From: an uncultured Clostridia bacterium | GTDB lineage: Bacteria; Bacillota; Clostridia; Oscillospirales; Acutalibacteraceae | Reading direction: 5' to 3' | Assembly: GCA_947589365.1 (NCBI GenBank) | Contig: CANQAJ010000001.1 | Location: forward strand, 11,605-75,604 | DNA length: 64,000 nucleotides | In this document: one piece after another, positions 49,119-57,636 of the stretch | How positions within the stretch are numbered: position 1 is the first letter of the stretch | Layout: every line of letters begins with the position of its first letter | Notes under the pieces: model-generated | The model's database searches: none | What the model saw: only the letters and a program-made list of their open reading frames with translations | Told to the model about the DNA's origin: nothing | Made by a program: the position numbers and the translations under genes

Positions 49119-49166
49119 GGGACACAGTACCGGACAGCTGCCAAGCCCGGCACTGTGTCCGATTTT
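49119..49166 (+). terminator. Rho-independent terminator between the two LCP genes
   Basis: The stem ggacacagtaccgg / ccggcactgtgtcc is followed by gatttt. Confidence 0.65.
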
Positions 49167-49182
49167 ACAGGAGGTATAAATT

Positions 49183-50346
49183 ATGTCGGACAGAGATATA
49201 TACAGTAACAGTACGGATGATTACGGCGACGGTTATTATGCCGATGATACGGAAAAATACGATTCCTATATTACGGATGGTGAATATAATACAAACGGAT
49301 ATTATAATCAGAGCAGACAGCCTGTCGGAAACCGTAGAAGCAGGAAAAAGAAAGGAAAATTTAAAAAAATTGTAAAAATAATTCTTATCATATTGGCTGT
49401 TCTTATCCTTTTTACCGCAGTGTTTATGACGATTGTACTTGCGAGGGTTAATTATTCCTCTGAAAATCCCGATCATTCGCTCTCGGAAAATGACGGTATC
49501 AGCCTGAGAAGTGAAAGCGGCATTGAAAATATCTTTCTTTTCGGTGAAGACAACCACAGCGACGGGGAACACGGACGTGCCGACACAATGATACTTCTTA
49601 CATTGGATAAGAACCGTAATTTACTGAAACAGACATCATTTATGCGTGATATATATATTTATATCCCGGGTCATTATTACGCAAAGCTGAATGAAGCCTA
49701 TGCCATAGGCGGAGCAAAGCTTGCCGTTGAAACGATAGAGTATAATTTCGGCATTAAAGCAGACAAATATATGGTGGTGGATTTCAACAGTTTTACCGAT
49801 ATAGTGGATTCCCTCGGCGGAATTGACCTTGAGCTTACCTATGATGAAATTGAGTATATCAATTGGCAGAGTTACAGGAATAAGCAGGTTGACACGGAAA
49901 CGGAGATCGATCCCGACAGCTTTGAGTATGATTACAATGAAAATGATGAATATGTAGCAAACGTGCATCTGAACGGCAGACAGGCACTTTGGTATGCCCG
50001 TGACAGGGACAGTGCCGGGTCTGATTTCGACAGAACACAACGTCAGAGAATTGTTATTGACACCATTCTGTCAAAATTCAAAAATTCCGATCCGATCAGG
50101 CTGATGGCCGCATTATATTCCTCATCGGAGTATCTGACTACAAATATGGATGCATTCACGCTTTTAGGGGAAGGATTTGATCTTTTATCAGCCCTCAGAT
50201 ATGAACGCAGTGAGCATCGTGTTCCAACCGGTGATAATTATTATGATGTCTGGAATGAAACCGGAGAGGCTCTGCAAATAGATGATCAGGAGCTTGAAAA
50301 AGAAAGGCTTCATAATTTTATTTTCGATAATGTCACAGACCAATAG
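49183..50346 (+). CDS. LytR-CpsA-Psr (LCP) family protein (paralog)
   Basis: GRADTMILLTLD and GRQALWYARDR are present with a single TM helix. An AGGAGG RBS precedes the start. Confidence 0.85.
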   Translation: MSDRDIYSNSTDDYGDGYYADDTEKYDSYITDGEYNTNGYYNQSRQPVGNRRSRKKKGKFKKIVKIILIILAVLILFTAVFMTIVLARVNYSSENPDHSLSENDGISLRSESGIENIFLFGEDNHSDGEHGRADTMILLTLDKNRNLLKQTSFMRDIYIYIPGHYYAKLNEAYAIGGAKLAVETIEYNFGIKADKYMVVDFNSFTDIVDSLGGIDLELTYDEIEYINWQSYRNKQVDTETEIDPDSFEYDYNENDEYVANVHLNGRQALWYARDRDSAGSDFDRTQRQRIVIDTILSKFKNSDPIRLMAALYSSSEYLTTNMDAFTLLGEGFDLLSALRYERSEHRVPTGDNYYDVWNETGEALQIDDQELEKERLHNFIFDNVTDQ

Positions 50347-50384
50347 GCGGTGGGTTGACGAACAGTACTGTCGGCGGCAATCTG

Positions 50385-52949
50385 CTAAAGTCTCGGATCA
50401 ACAGGCTCACTTTCAAAGGCAAGAACACCGAAAACACATTCATGCACCCTGTAAAGAGGTTCATGCCTTACAAAACGCTCAAGTGCTTCCATACCGAGTG
50501 CAAATTCCTTAAGTGCAAGCGAACGCTTTCTCGTAAGAGAACGCCTTTTCAGCCTCTTAAGATTTTCCGACATAAGATATTCCGGACCGTATATTATGCG
50601 GAGATACTCCCTTCCACGGCATTTTACGGCGGGCTGTATTATCTCGTTATTATGCTTTGAAGTGAAAATCTCAGGCTTTACGACCATGCCCTCTCCGCCG
50701 CTTGATGTCAGTTCAAGCCACCGGTTGACACCTCTGTCAATACTGCTTTGGTCAAATACGTCAACGCATATATAATCCGTTGCAATAAATATAGGATCTA
50801 TATCCGTGCAGTACTTTTTTATTGTTTCCATATGCCATGTATGCGATCTGTCGGAAAATACATTATTTTTCGTTGCGAGTATATGGAAAGGAGCTATCTT
50901 AAGATCATTTACATCATTGACCTTCCAGCAATATTCACGATATGCATCAACATATTTTTCCAAGGCATCCTTCCTTTCGCTGAATCTGTCAAGAAGCTCC
51001 GGTATGCTGAAATTCTGCCCCGATGTATGCGGAGATACTTCAGATGTTTCTACGGTTATCATATTTGCCGTTTCAAGTGCTTCGACCGCTGCACTTAATG
51101 CATTTCTTCCGGCTCTTCCTACCGGTGCATACTGATGTGATAAAAGCTCCTGTGCCTTTTCCGACCACGGCATAAGCTCTGTATCAAGACATACCCAATC
51201 GGTTTCAAAATCATTCCAAAAACCGGATTTTGTCAGAACCTTGTCAAGCCTTACAAGTACCTGTTCTTCTACACCGTAATCATTAAAGAAATGTCTTCCT
51301 GTTCTTGTATAAATAATTCCCCTGCTTCCGTCCGTAACCCCGAAATTTTTTTTGGCAGACTCCGCAGTTTTGCATAATACCATAACCGCCCTTGAACCCA
51401 TATGTTTCTTTTCACACACTACATTCTGTATTCCCATGCTGCGGTAATATTCAAAAGCTTCAAGAGGATGTTCAAGATATCCGTCAAGACCGCTTGTTTT
51501 GCAGGGGGACATCGTGGGAGGAAGATATATCAGCCAATGAGGATCCGCTGCGTAACGTGACATAACCTCCAGTGCGGCTGCTGAATTATTTTCTTCTACC
51601 GCTATTGTGGGGATAAGTGAGGTATTAATATACATTTTTCCGCCGACATCTCCAAGCATCAGCATATCTCCTATATCCTCATTATTTTCTTTGAGCGGTA
51701 CGGGGGGTTCATAATACTGCTTAAGTGCTGACACACTTACTGTTTCTCTTTCCGGATAACGAAATGCGGTAAGCTTTCCGCCGAATACGCAGCCTGTATC
51801 AATACAATAGGTATTATTAAGTGCCTGTACCTCCGCCCGGGGAACATGACCGTATATTACTGTAGCTTTACCACGATAATCTGCTGCCCAGTTCAGTCGG
51901 ACAGGTAAACCGGATTCGTCCTTTTCTCCTGTGATATCTCCATAAAGGCAGAAGTTTCTTACACGTGACGAACCTCGTCCGATAAGCTTTTCATTTATTC
52001 CCGCATGAGCGATAACAAGCTTTCCGTCATCAAGCACATAATGACTCACCATATTATCAATAAATTTCCGTACTCTTTCCTTAAATTCGCTCCCCTCTGC
52101 TTCAAGCTGCTCTATGGTTTTCTCGCGTCCGTGCGTCAGTTGAACCTTTTTTCCGTTTAAATATTTAAGGAGCTTGATATCATGGTTTCCGGGTACCGCT
52201 ATGGCATTTCCCGCATCTGTCATATCCATTACAAGACGAAGTACATCCGTGTTTTTCGGTCCCCTGTCGCATAAATCGCCGAGGAAAGCCGCCTTTCTTC
52301 CGTCAGGGTGAAAGAATACTCCCTGTTCGTTTCTTATATACCCTGATTTTTCAAGGAGCATAACAAGCTCGTCATAACAGCCGTGTACATCCCCTATTAT
52401 ATCAAAAGGACCATGCTCATCCTTTCTGTTATTCCAAAGACCGGTGCGGACAATTTCAACATTATCAATGTCCTCCTGAGAATCAAGGACATATATAAAT
52501 CTGAATCCCTCACGCTTTAGGTGCTTTATGCTTCTGCGTAAATCCGAACAATGCTTTCTTATTACTCTTTCCGGGTAATTTTTTTTCGGATTAGCCGCAT
52601 TTCTTTTCAGGATCTCACTTTCGGGAAGATTGAGCACTATTGCAACAGAATGTACGTTTTGCTCATGTGCAAGCTCAATAACCTGTTTTCTTGCACTTTC
52701 TTGTAAATTTGTTGCGTCAATAACCGTTGTCTTCATAAGACCGAGTCTTTTATTTGCCGCATAGTACAGAAGGTCAAACGCCTCTGATGAAACCGATTGG
52801 TCGTTTTCATCATCGGATATCATAGCCCTGAAAAAATCCGAAGACAAAACCTCTGTCGGTAAAAAATATTTATTTGCAAAGGTTGTTTTTCCGCTTGAGG
52901 TTGCACCTATCATTGCTACAAGTGCAAATTCCGGTATTTCTATTCGCAT
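50385..52949 (-). CDS. pnkp: Polynucleotide kinase-phosphatase (kinase, metallophosphatase, ligase/adenylyltransferase) RNA repair enzyme
   Basis: The N-terminal P-loop is MIGATSSGKTTF, with SSDFFRAMISDDENDQS. The calcineurin-type phosphatase motifs GDVHGC, GDLCDRG and GNHD follow. The C-terminal nucleotidyltransferase domain carries the lysine motif EKKHMGSR. The domain order matches Clostridium thermocellum Pnkp. Confidence 0.9.
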   Translation of the reverse strand: MRIEIPEFALVAMIGATSSGKTTFANKYFLPTEVLSSDFFRAMISDDENDQSVSSEAFDLLYYAANKRLGLMKTTVIDATNLQESARKQVIELAHEQNVHSVAIVLNLPESEILKRNAANPKKNYPERVIRKHCSDLRRSIKHLKREGFRFIYVLDSQEDIDNVEIVRTGLWNNRKDEHGPFDIIGDVHGCYDELVMLLEKSGYIRNEQGVFFHPDGRKAAFLGDLCDRGPKNTDVLRLVMDMTDAGNAIAVPGNHDIKLLKYLNGKKVQLTHGREKTIEQLEAEGSEFKERVRKFIDNMVSHYVLDDGKLVIAHAGINEKLIGRGSSRVRNFCLYGDITGEKDESGLPVRLNWAADYRGKATVIYGHVPRAEVQALNNTYCIDTGCVFGGKLTAFRYPERETVSVSALKQYYEPPVPLKENNEDIGDMLMLGDVGGKMYINTSLIPTIAVEENNSAAALEVMSRYAADPHWLIYLPPTMSPCKTSGLDGYLEHPLEAFEYYRSMGIQNVVCEKKHMGSRAVMVLCKTAESAKKNFGVTDGSRGIIYTRTGRHFFNDYGVEEQVLVRLDKVLTKSGFWNDFETDWVCLDTELMPWSEKAQELLSHQYAPVGRAGRNALSAAVEALETANMITVETSEVSPHTSGQNFSIPELLDRFSERKDALEKYVDAYREYCWKVNDVNDLKIAPFHILATKNNVFSDRSHTWHMETIKKYCTDIDPIFIATDYICVDVFDQSSIDRGVNRWLELTSSGGEGMVVKPEIFTSKHNNEIIQPAVKCRGREYLRIIYGPEYLMSENLKRLKRRSLTRKRSLALKEFALGMEALERFVRHEPLYRVHECVFGVLAFESEPVDPRL

Positions 52950-54346
52950 TTTGTAAACACTCCCATCTGTGTCGGAGAACCGTATTTCTCGTCAACATCT
53001 CCGATATTGCTTATTTCAACACTATATCCGAATTTTTCGCATACCTGCTCACACCAAATTTTAAACTCCTCCCTTGTCCATTCAAAGCGGTGGTCGGTAT
53101 GTCTTAATTCTCCGTTTTCCATTGCCGCATAATTAACATTGTATTCCTTATTCGGTGTTGTAAGTATGACTGTGTGCGGCACCGCATATTCAAAGAGTAC
53201 CTTCTCTAAAGCCGGTATTCTTTGTATATCAATATGCTCTATGACCTCAATAACACACGCAGCATCAAATCCCCTGAATCTCTTGTCCCTGTATAGAAGT
53301 GATGCCTGCATTAATGTAAGCTTATTCTTTCTGTACGGCAACATTCTGTCATAATTAAGTCTTTCCTTTGCCCTTTCAAGCACCCTCACGCAGACATCCG
53401 CCGCTGTTATATTTTTTATCTGCTTTTCGGGCAGTAACATAGATGTCAGCTTACATTCACCGCAGCCTATGTCTATAACACTTTCTGCTCCGCTGTTCAG
53501 TACGGCATTTTTTACTGCCTCAAGCCTTAAGGTATTAAGAGGTATTTTTTTATTTGTATCATTTGCATTCCCTGTCGTTTCCTCATTTTCGGACATTAAT
53601 TCTTCCGAAGCACTTTCATCATCAGGGAGTCTGTTTATAAGCCTGTTTGCATAGCTTTTTCTCATGTCAAAATATCGTCTTATTATTTTATTCTTTGCCG
53701 GATGTGAATTAAGCCAGCCCTCACCATGCTTTATAAGCTTATCAATTTCATCCTCACTTATATAATAGTGCTTCTGTTTGTCCATAACGGGTATGAGTGT
53801 ATAAAGATGATTAAGCAGCTCGCAAACCCTCACCCTGCCTTTTATTGTGAGGTCAATATAACAGCTCTCTCCCCATTCGGGGAATTTTTCATCAAGCACT
53901 GATTTTTCAGTGCTTACCTCATATCCGAGCGGCTCGAATATTTCATAGACAAGCGATTCTTCCCCTCTTATCGGCAGCATATGTACAACAGCCTCCAAAT
54001 CAAGCGGCGTATCCGCAAGCTCCTGCCTTTTTGTACATTTACCCGACATCGCTGTTGAAAAAACCTTTGCTATCGCACTGCTCATAAAAGAAGATGCAAC
54101 GTAAGGTCTGTCGTTTACATAATCGAAAAGTCCCCCATCCCTCGAACCTTGCTTTCCTCTTGCAAGGTCAATAGGGTTGATATCAAGCAAAAGTGCCGCT
54201 GTTGTTCGGTTATCACTGATTTCCGTGTAAAACACATAGGCTTTTCCGAAATTAAGCTCGAAACATTGCGGACGATATGGATTTTTATGTAAAAGATATC
54301 CGAGATCCTGAGTATTCTTTCCCTTCATTGTTATTGTAAGAAGCAC
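52940..54346 (-). CDS. hen1: 3'-terminal RNA ribose 2'-O-methyltransferase Hen1
   Basis: The N-terminus MLLTITMKGKNTQDLGYLLHKNP is typical of bacterial Hen1. The C-terminal SAM methyltransferase motif is VIDIGCGECKL. The gene overlaps pnkp by 10 nt. Confidence 0.9.
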   Translation of the reverse strand: MLLTITMKGKNTQDLGYLLHKNPYRPQCFELNFGKAYVFYTEISDNRTTAALLLDINPIDLARGKQGSRDGGLFDYVNDRPYVASSFMSSAIAKVFSTAMSGKCTKRQELADTPLDLEAVVHMLPIRGEESLVYEIFEPLGYEVSTEKSVLDEKFPEWGESCYIDLTIKGRVRVCELLNHLYTLIPVMDKQKHYYISEDEIDKLIKHGEGWLNSHPAKNKIIRRYFDMRKSYANRLINRLPDDESASEELMSENEETTGNANDTNKKIPLNTLRLEAVKNAVLNSGAESVIDIGCGECKLTSMLLPEKQIKNITAADVCVRVLERAKERLNYDRMLPYRKNKLTLMQASLLYRDKRFRGFDAACVIEVIEHIDIQRIPALEKVLFEYAVPHTVILTTPNKEYNVNYAAMENGELRHTDHRFEWTREEFKIWCEQVCEKFGYSVEISNIGDVDEKYGSPTQMGVFTKCE

Positions 54347-54472
54347 ATATATTCCTCCTTATTTTCCGTTTTTGATTTTATGAATATATAATATCATATC
54401 GGATTATGAATATCATGGAAAAAATATTGCGAACGGTTTTTTAATATAATTATATAAAAGAAAATACGCACC

Positions 54473-55381
54473 CTAAAGTACGTACTTTTTCTGACTTATA
54501 AGTCTTTTCTTTATATAATTTACAAAGCTTCTCGGTTTTGTCACCTTTATAAGCGGTCCGAAAGACAAAACCCTTATTATAATTTCCGTTTCATCATTCT
54601 TGTCATAATATATTTTAACTCTGTAGTTATTATCATCAATCTTTTCAGTATATTTTTCATAGTGGGAAAAGTGCAGCATTACCCTTTCAAGGGAATTTCT
54701 TTCGTCCTTAAGCTCCAAGGTTACGGAAAACTTTTTGCTTTGATAATTTTCAGACGTTTTATTTTTGAACTCACCCTGATATATTTCACATGACCTTATC
54801 CTGCCGAGATTAACAACAGATCCGTTTCTGCTTCCTGTCACGATAAGTCGGAATTTATCATCCTTTTCCGAATATTCAAGATATTCCGGAATTGCAATTA
54901 TTTCTATATCATTGGATTTTTTGTTCAGCATATGTATATCAAGCGGCTCTGATCTTTCCAAGGCTTTTAGAATTATCTGAAAATTTTTTATATATTCCCC
55001 GTCATCATACGGATCACCGTCAGAATATTTATCAAACACATAATAATCATCAGGTGTAAAAAGCGGCTCAACTTCATCAAGTTGTATATCGCAGTTAAAA
55101 AGCTTTATTCTCGGGTCAAGTGAAACAGCTTTGAGCCACCGCTTTTCAAGCAGGTCTACAGGGATATCGGGTATGTTTTTTACAGGTGTACTTCCGTTTG
55201 ACATGAGTAATTGCCATTTCTGAGTTCTGAACGCATCTTCAATATTTATTATACTTTCCGAAAAAGCGTATTTCGCTACGATTTCACGAATTTTACCTTT
55301 ATCAACAGGATTTTTTACAGCCTCTGCAAGAATATGCGACACGGCATTAAAATATGTACTGTATATTTCATTAAAAATCAT
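54473..55381 (-). CDS. WYL-domain protein B (regulator-like, with a WCX-like C-terminus)
   Basis: The WYL-like core is PEYLEYSEKDDKFRLIVTGSRNGSVVNLGRIRSCEI. The family-typical N-terminus MIFNEIYSTYFNAVSHIL supports ATG 55381, which lies 4 nt after the upstream stop, over the ORF-track TTG at 55432. Confidence 0.65.
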   Translation of the reverse strand: MIFNEIYSTYFNAVSHILAEAVKNPVDKGKIREIVAKYAFSESIINIEDAFRTQKWQLLMSNGSTPVKNIPDIPVDLLEKRWLKAVSLDPRIKLFNCDIQLDEVEPLFTPDDYYVFDKYSDGDPYDDGEYIKNFQIILKALERSEPLDIHMLNKKSNDIEIIAIPEYLEYSEKDDKFRLIVTGSRNGSVVNLGRIRSCEIYQGEFKNKTSENYQSKKFSVTLELKDERNSLERVMLHFSHYEKYTEKIDDNNYRVKIYYDKNDETEIIIRVLSFGPLIKVTKPRSFVNYIKKRLISQKKYVL

Positions 55382-55385
55382 ATTC

Positions 55386-56618
55386 TTATAATTCAACTCC
55401 GTATATTTCATACATTCTGTTAAGATCATCAATGAATGTTTTTTCGATATCCTTATTGGAAAAATTTATATGTGTTATCCTACAGATAAATGTGCGTATC
55501 CATGTAAGCATCTCATTTGTATCATATACCTCTGCTCTGAATACCGCGTTGTTTTTATCAATTCTTTCAACTGTTCCGCACCGTTTTTCACGGACAAGAC
55601 GGTTATATATGTATTCTTCATCATCGGCAAAATTTATCGTAAATTCAACGGTTTCCGTCCTTCCTCCTTTACCCTGTGTGCTGACTCCCCACATATATTT
55701 ACGCATACCGCATAATAAATCTCTCAGCTTATCAAAATCCTCCGCCTCCGCAAAGCTCTTGATTTTCAGAATATAATCAAGCCGGATTGACGTTATTCTC
55801 TTTTTTGACCTTACATAGGCCATAAGATATTGTCTTCCGCTTTGCACACTGATAAATATTCTGAGGGGTACCACACGGATGCTTGTACTTTTTTCATTTT
55901 TTCTGCTGAACTTTTCTATTTCGATCTCTTTCTTTTCGTGCATAGCAGAAAAAAGCTCACACATAATTTCACTGTCAAGTGTGGAATTGATATAATGATG
56001 CTTGAAGGCAAAATTATCTTTTCCGTTTTCATATTTATCGAGCAAAAATGAGCCAATCACACCGCAGGGCAAAACCTCGGAAAAGTAATTGAGAACATCT
56101 CTGTTATTAAAGCAATAGTCGGGTGATTTTCCGTAATAAAGAGTTTTTCCGATTTTCCCGGTTACAAGAAGTCCGTTTTTAACATATTCATTAAGCTTTT
56201 TTCTTATTGTGGAACCGTCAAAGACCTTGGGATTATCAAAAAACGACAGATATTCCATATCAATCTTTTCCACTATTTCTATATTTGACATAGTTATATC
56301 AGGCGAATGAAGTATATCAAAAATTATAAAAAACAGAGTGATATCCCCATCTGTAAAGCTTTTTGCCTTCCATGCTTTGTACAGCGGATTATGACGTGAT
56401 ATACGGCTGTCAACGGATATAAAAAAGGTCTTCCCCTCGGTAGTTTTGTGATATCCCATATATTCCCCTATCCAGCTTTCAAGTCGGCGGCGTTCGTCAT
56501 CATAGGAACGAAGACTTTTCTTATTGTACTGTTCCCTGCTTTTAAATCCGTAGACATAAAATTCACGCATATAATCACGAATCTTATCAAAGCTTTTAAT
56601 CAATTCATTATATGACAT
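55386..56618 (-). CDS. WYL-domain protein A (wHTH, WYL, WCX-like)
   Basis: The N-terminus is YVYGFKSREQYNKKSLRSYDDERRRLESW. A wHTH-like segment follows (TIRKKLNEYVKNGLLV). The WYL core is VVPLRIFISVQSGRQYLMAYVRSKKRITSIRLDYI. Confidence 0.7.
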   Translation of the reverse strand: MSYNELIKSFDKIRDYMREFYVYGFKSREQYNKKSLRSYDDERRRLESWIGEYMGYHKTTEGKTFFISVDSRISRHNPLYKAWKAKSFTDGDITLFFIIFDILHSPDITMSNIEIVEKIDMEYLSFFDNPKVFDGSTIRKKLNEYVKNGLLVTGKIGKTLYYGKSPDYCFNNRDVLNYFSEVLPCGVIGSFLLDKYENGKDNFAFKHHYINSTLDSEIMCELFSAMHEKKEIEIEKFSRKNEKSTSIRVVPLRIFISVQSGRQYLMAYVRSKKRITSIRLDYILKIKSFAEAEDFDKLRDLLCGMRKYMWGVSTQGKGGRTETVEFTINFADDEEYIYNRLVREKRCGTVERIDKNNAVFRAEVYDTNEMLTWIRTFICRITHINFSNKDIEKTFIDDLNRMYEIYGVEL

Positions 56619-56651
56619 ATCACCATTCCTTTTAAATTAATCCGCAGTTTT

Positions 56652-56680
56652 ATTTTAATATAAATAATTTCTTATGTCAA
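56652..56680 (-). promoter_or_regulatory. Sigma-A-type promoter for the WYL-A gene
   Basis: On the minus strand: TTGACA, a 17 nt spacer, then TAAAAT. Confidence 0.55.
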
Positions 56681-56691
56681 CTTGATAAATA

Positions 56692-56738
56692 CCGAAAAGC
56701 CGCCGCACAAACGCAATAATCTGTAAGGTGCGGCGGCT
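56692..56738 (-). terminator. Rho-independent terminator after the lipoprotein gene
   Basis: On the minus strand an 11 bp GC-rich stem (agccgccgcac / gtgcggcggct) is followed by ttttcgg. Confidence 0.75.
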
Positions 56739-56769
56739 CATTCGATCAAATGAATAATTTATTTTAATT

Positions 56770-57618
56770 TTACGCTACATCATAGGTGTAGTAAATCTCC
56801 ATTACTTTTCCCGATTCCATTATAAAATCAAGATGTGTCTTGCTGTCTGCATTATAGGAGTACATAAAGTCGCTGTGTTCCGTTGCGGCAGAAAGACCAT
56901 AAGCTTTTTCTATATCGGCGGCTGTGCTTCCTACGGTTATTCCTTTTGTTGTAGAAGCAGCTGTTCCGGTTATCTGTATCATATAAACCTTCTCCGCTTC
57001 ATTATCCGTATAGGTCTGGATCATAAATCCGTTGTAATAATACATCTTATCATCTGCAACATTTATTGCAAGACAGCTCGGTGCCGTTTCAACAGAGCTT
57101 GCATTTCCTATTGAGGCAATTACATTCTGCATATTATCATGCAGGCTGATGGTATAATTATTATATGTGAAACTCATATCATCGGCAGAAAACTGTCCCA
57201 TAACAGGCTGTTCAACGGCGACAGAAGACTCGGGCTGCACCGATTCCGTCACGACAGGCTCGGCGGATGATTCCGTTACCACTGATTCTACAGACGATTC
57301 CGCAACCGATGATTCCTGCTTTGAGCTTTCCTCAACTGATGGTTCCGGCTTGGAGCTTTCTTCTTCCTTGCTGCTTTCCTCAACAGAGGATTCCGGTGCG
57401 GAGCTTTCCTTTTTATCGTCCTTCTTATCGTCCTTCTTATCGGATTCCTCTTTACTTGATTCTTCTTTACTGCTCTCCTGCACTGAGGATTCACTGCTCG
57501 TTTCGCTGCTTTCTATGGAAATCTTTCCCGAGCTTTCCTCCTCGGCATTGTTATCCGTGCAGGCAGCACAGAATAATGTCATGCAAGCCAGCAAAGCAAC
57601 TGCTATCATTCTTTTCAT
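56770..57618 (-). CDS. Secreted protein / probable lipoprotein with a Ser/Glu/Lys-rich linker and a C-terminal globular domain
   Basis: The signal peptide MKRMIAVALLACMTLFCAAC has Cys at positions 17 and 20. The low-complexity linker contains ESSKEESSKEESDKKDDKKDDKKESS. A C-terminal domain of about 140 aa has unknown function. Confidence 0.7.
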   Translation of the reverse strand: MKRMIAVALLACMTLFCAACTDNNAEEESSGKISIESSETSSESSVQESSKEESSKEESDKKDDKKDDKKESSAPESSVEESSKEEESSKPEPSVEESSKQESSVAESSVESVVTESSAEPVVTESVQPESSVAVEQPVMGQFSADDMSFTYNNYTISLHDNMQNVIASIGNASSVETAPSCLAINVADDKMYYYNGFMIQTYTDNEAEKVYMIQITGTAASTTKGITVGSTAADIEKAYGLSAATEHSDFMYSYNADSKTHLDFIMESGKVMEIYYTYDVA

Positions 57619-57636
57619 ATTTTTTCCCCTTTTCTT

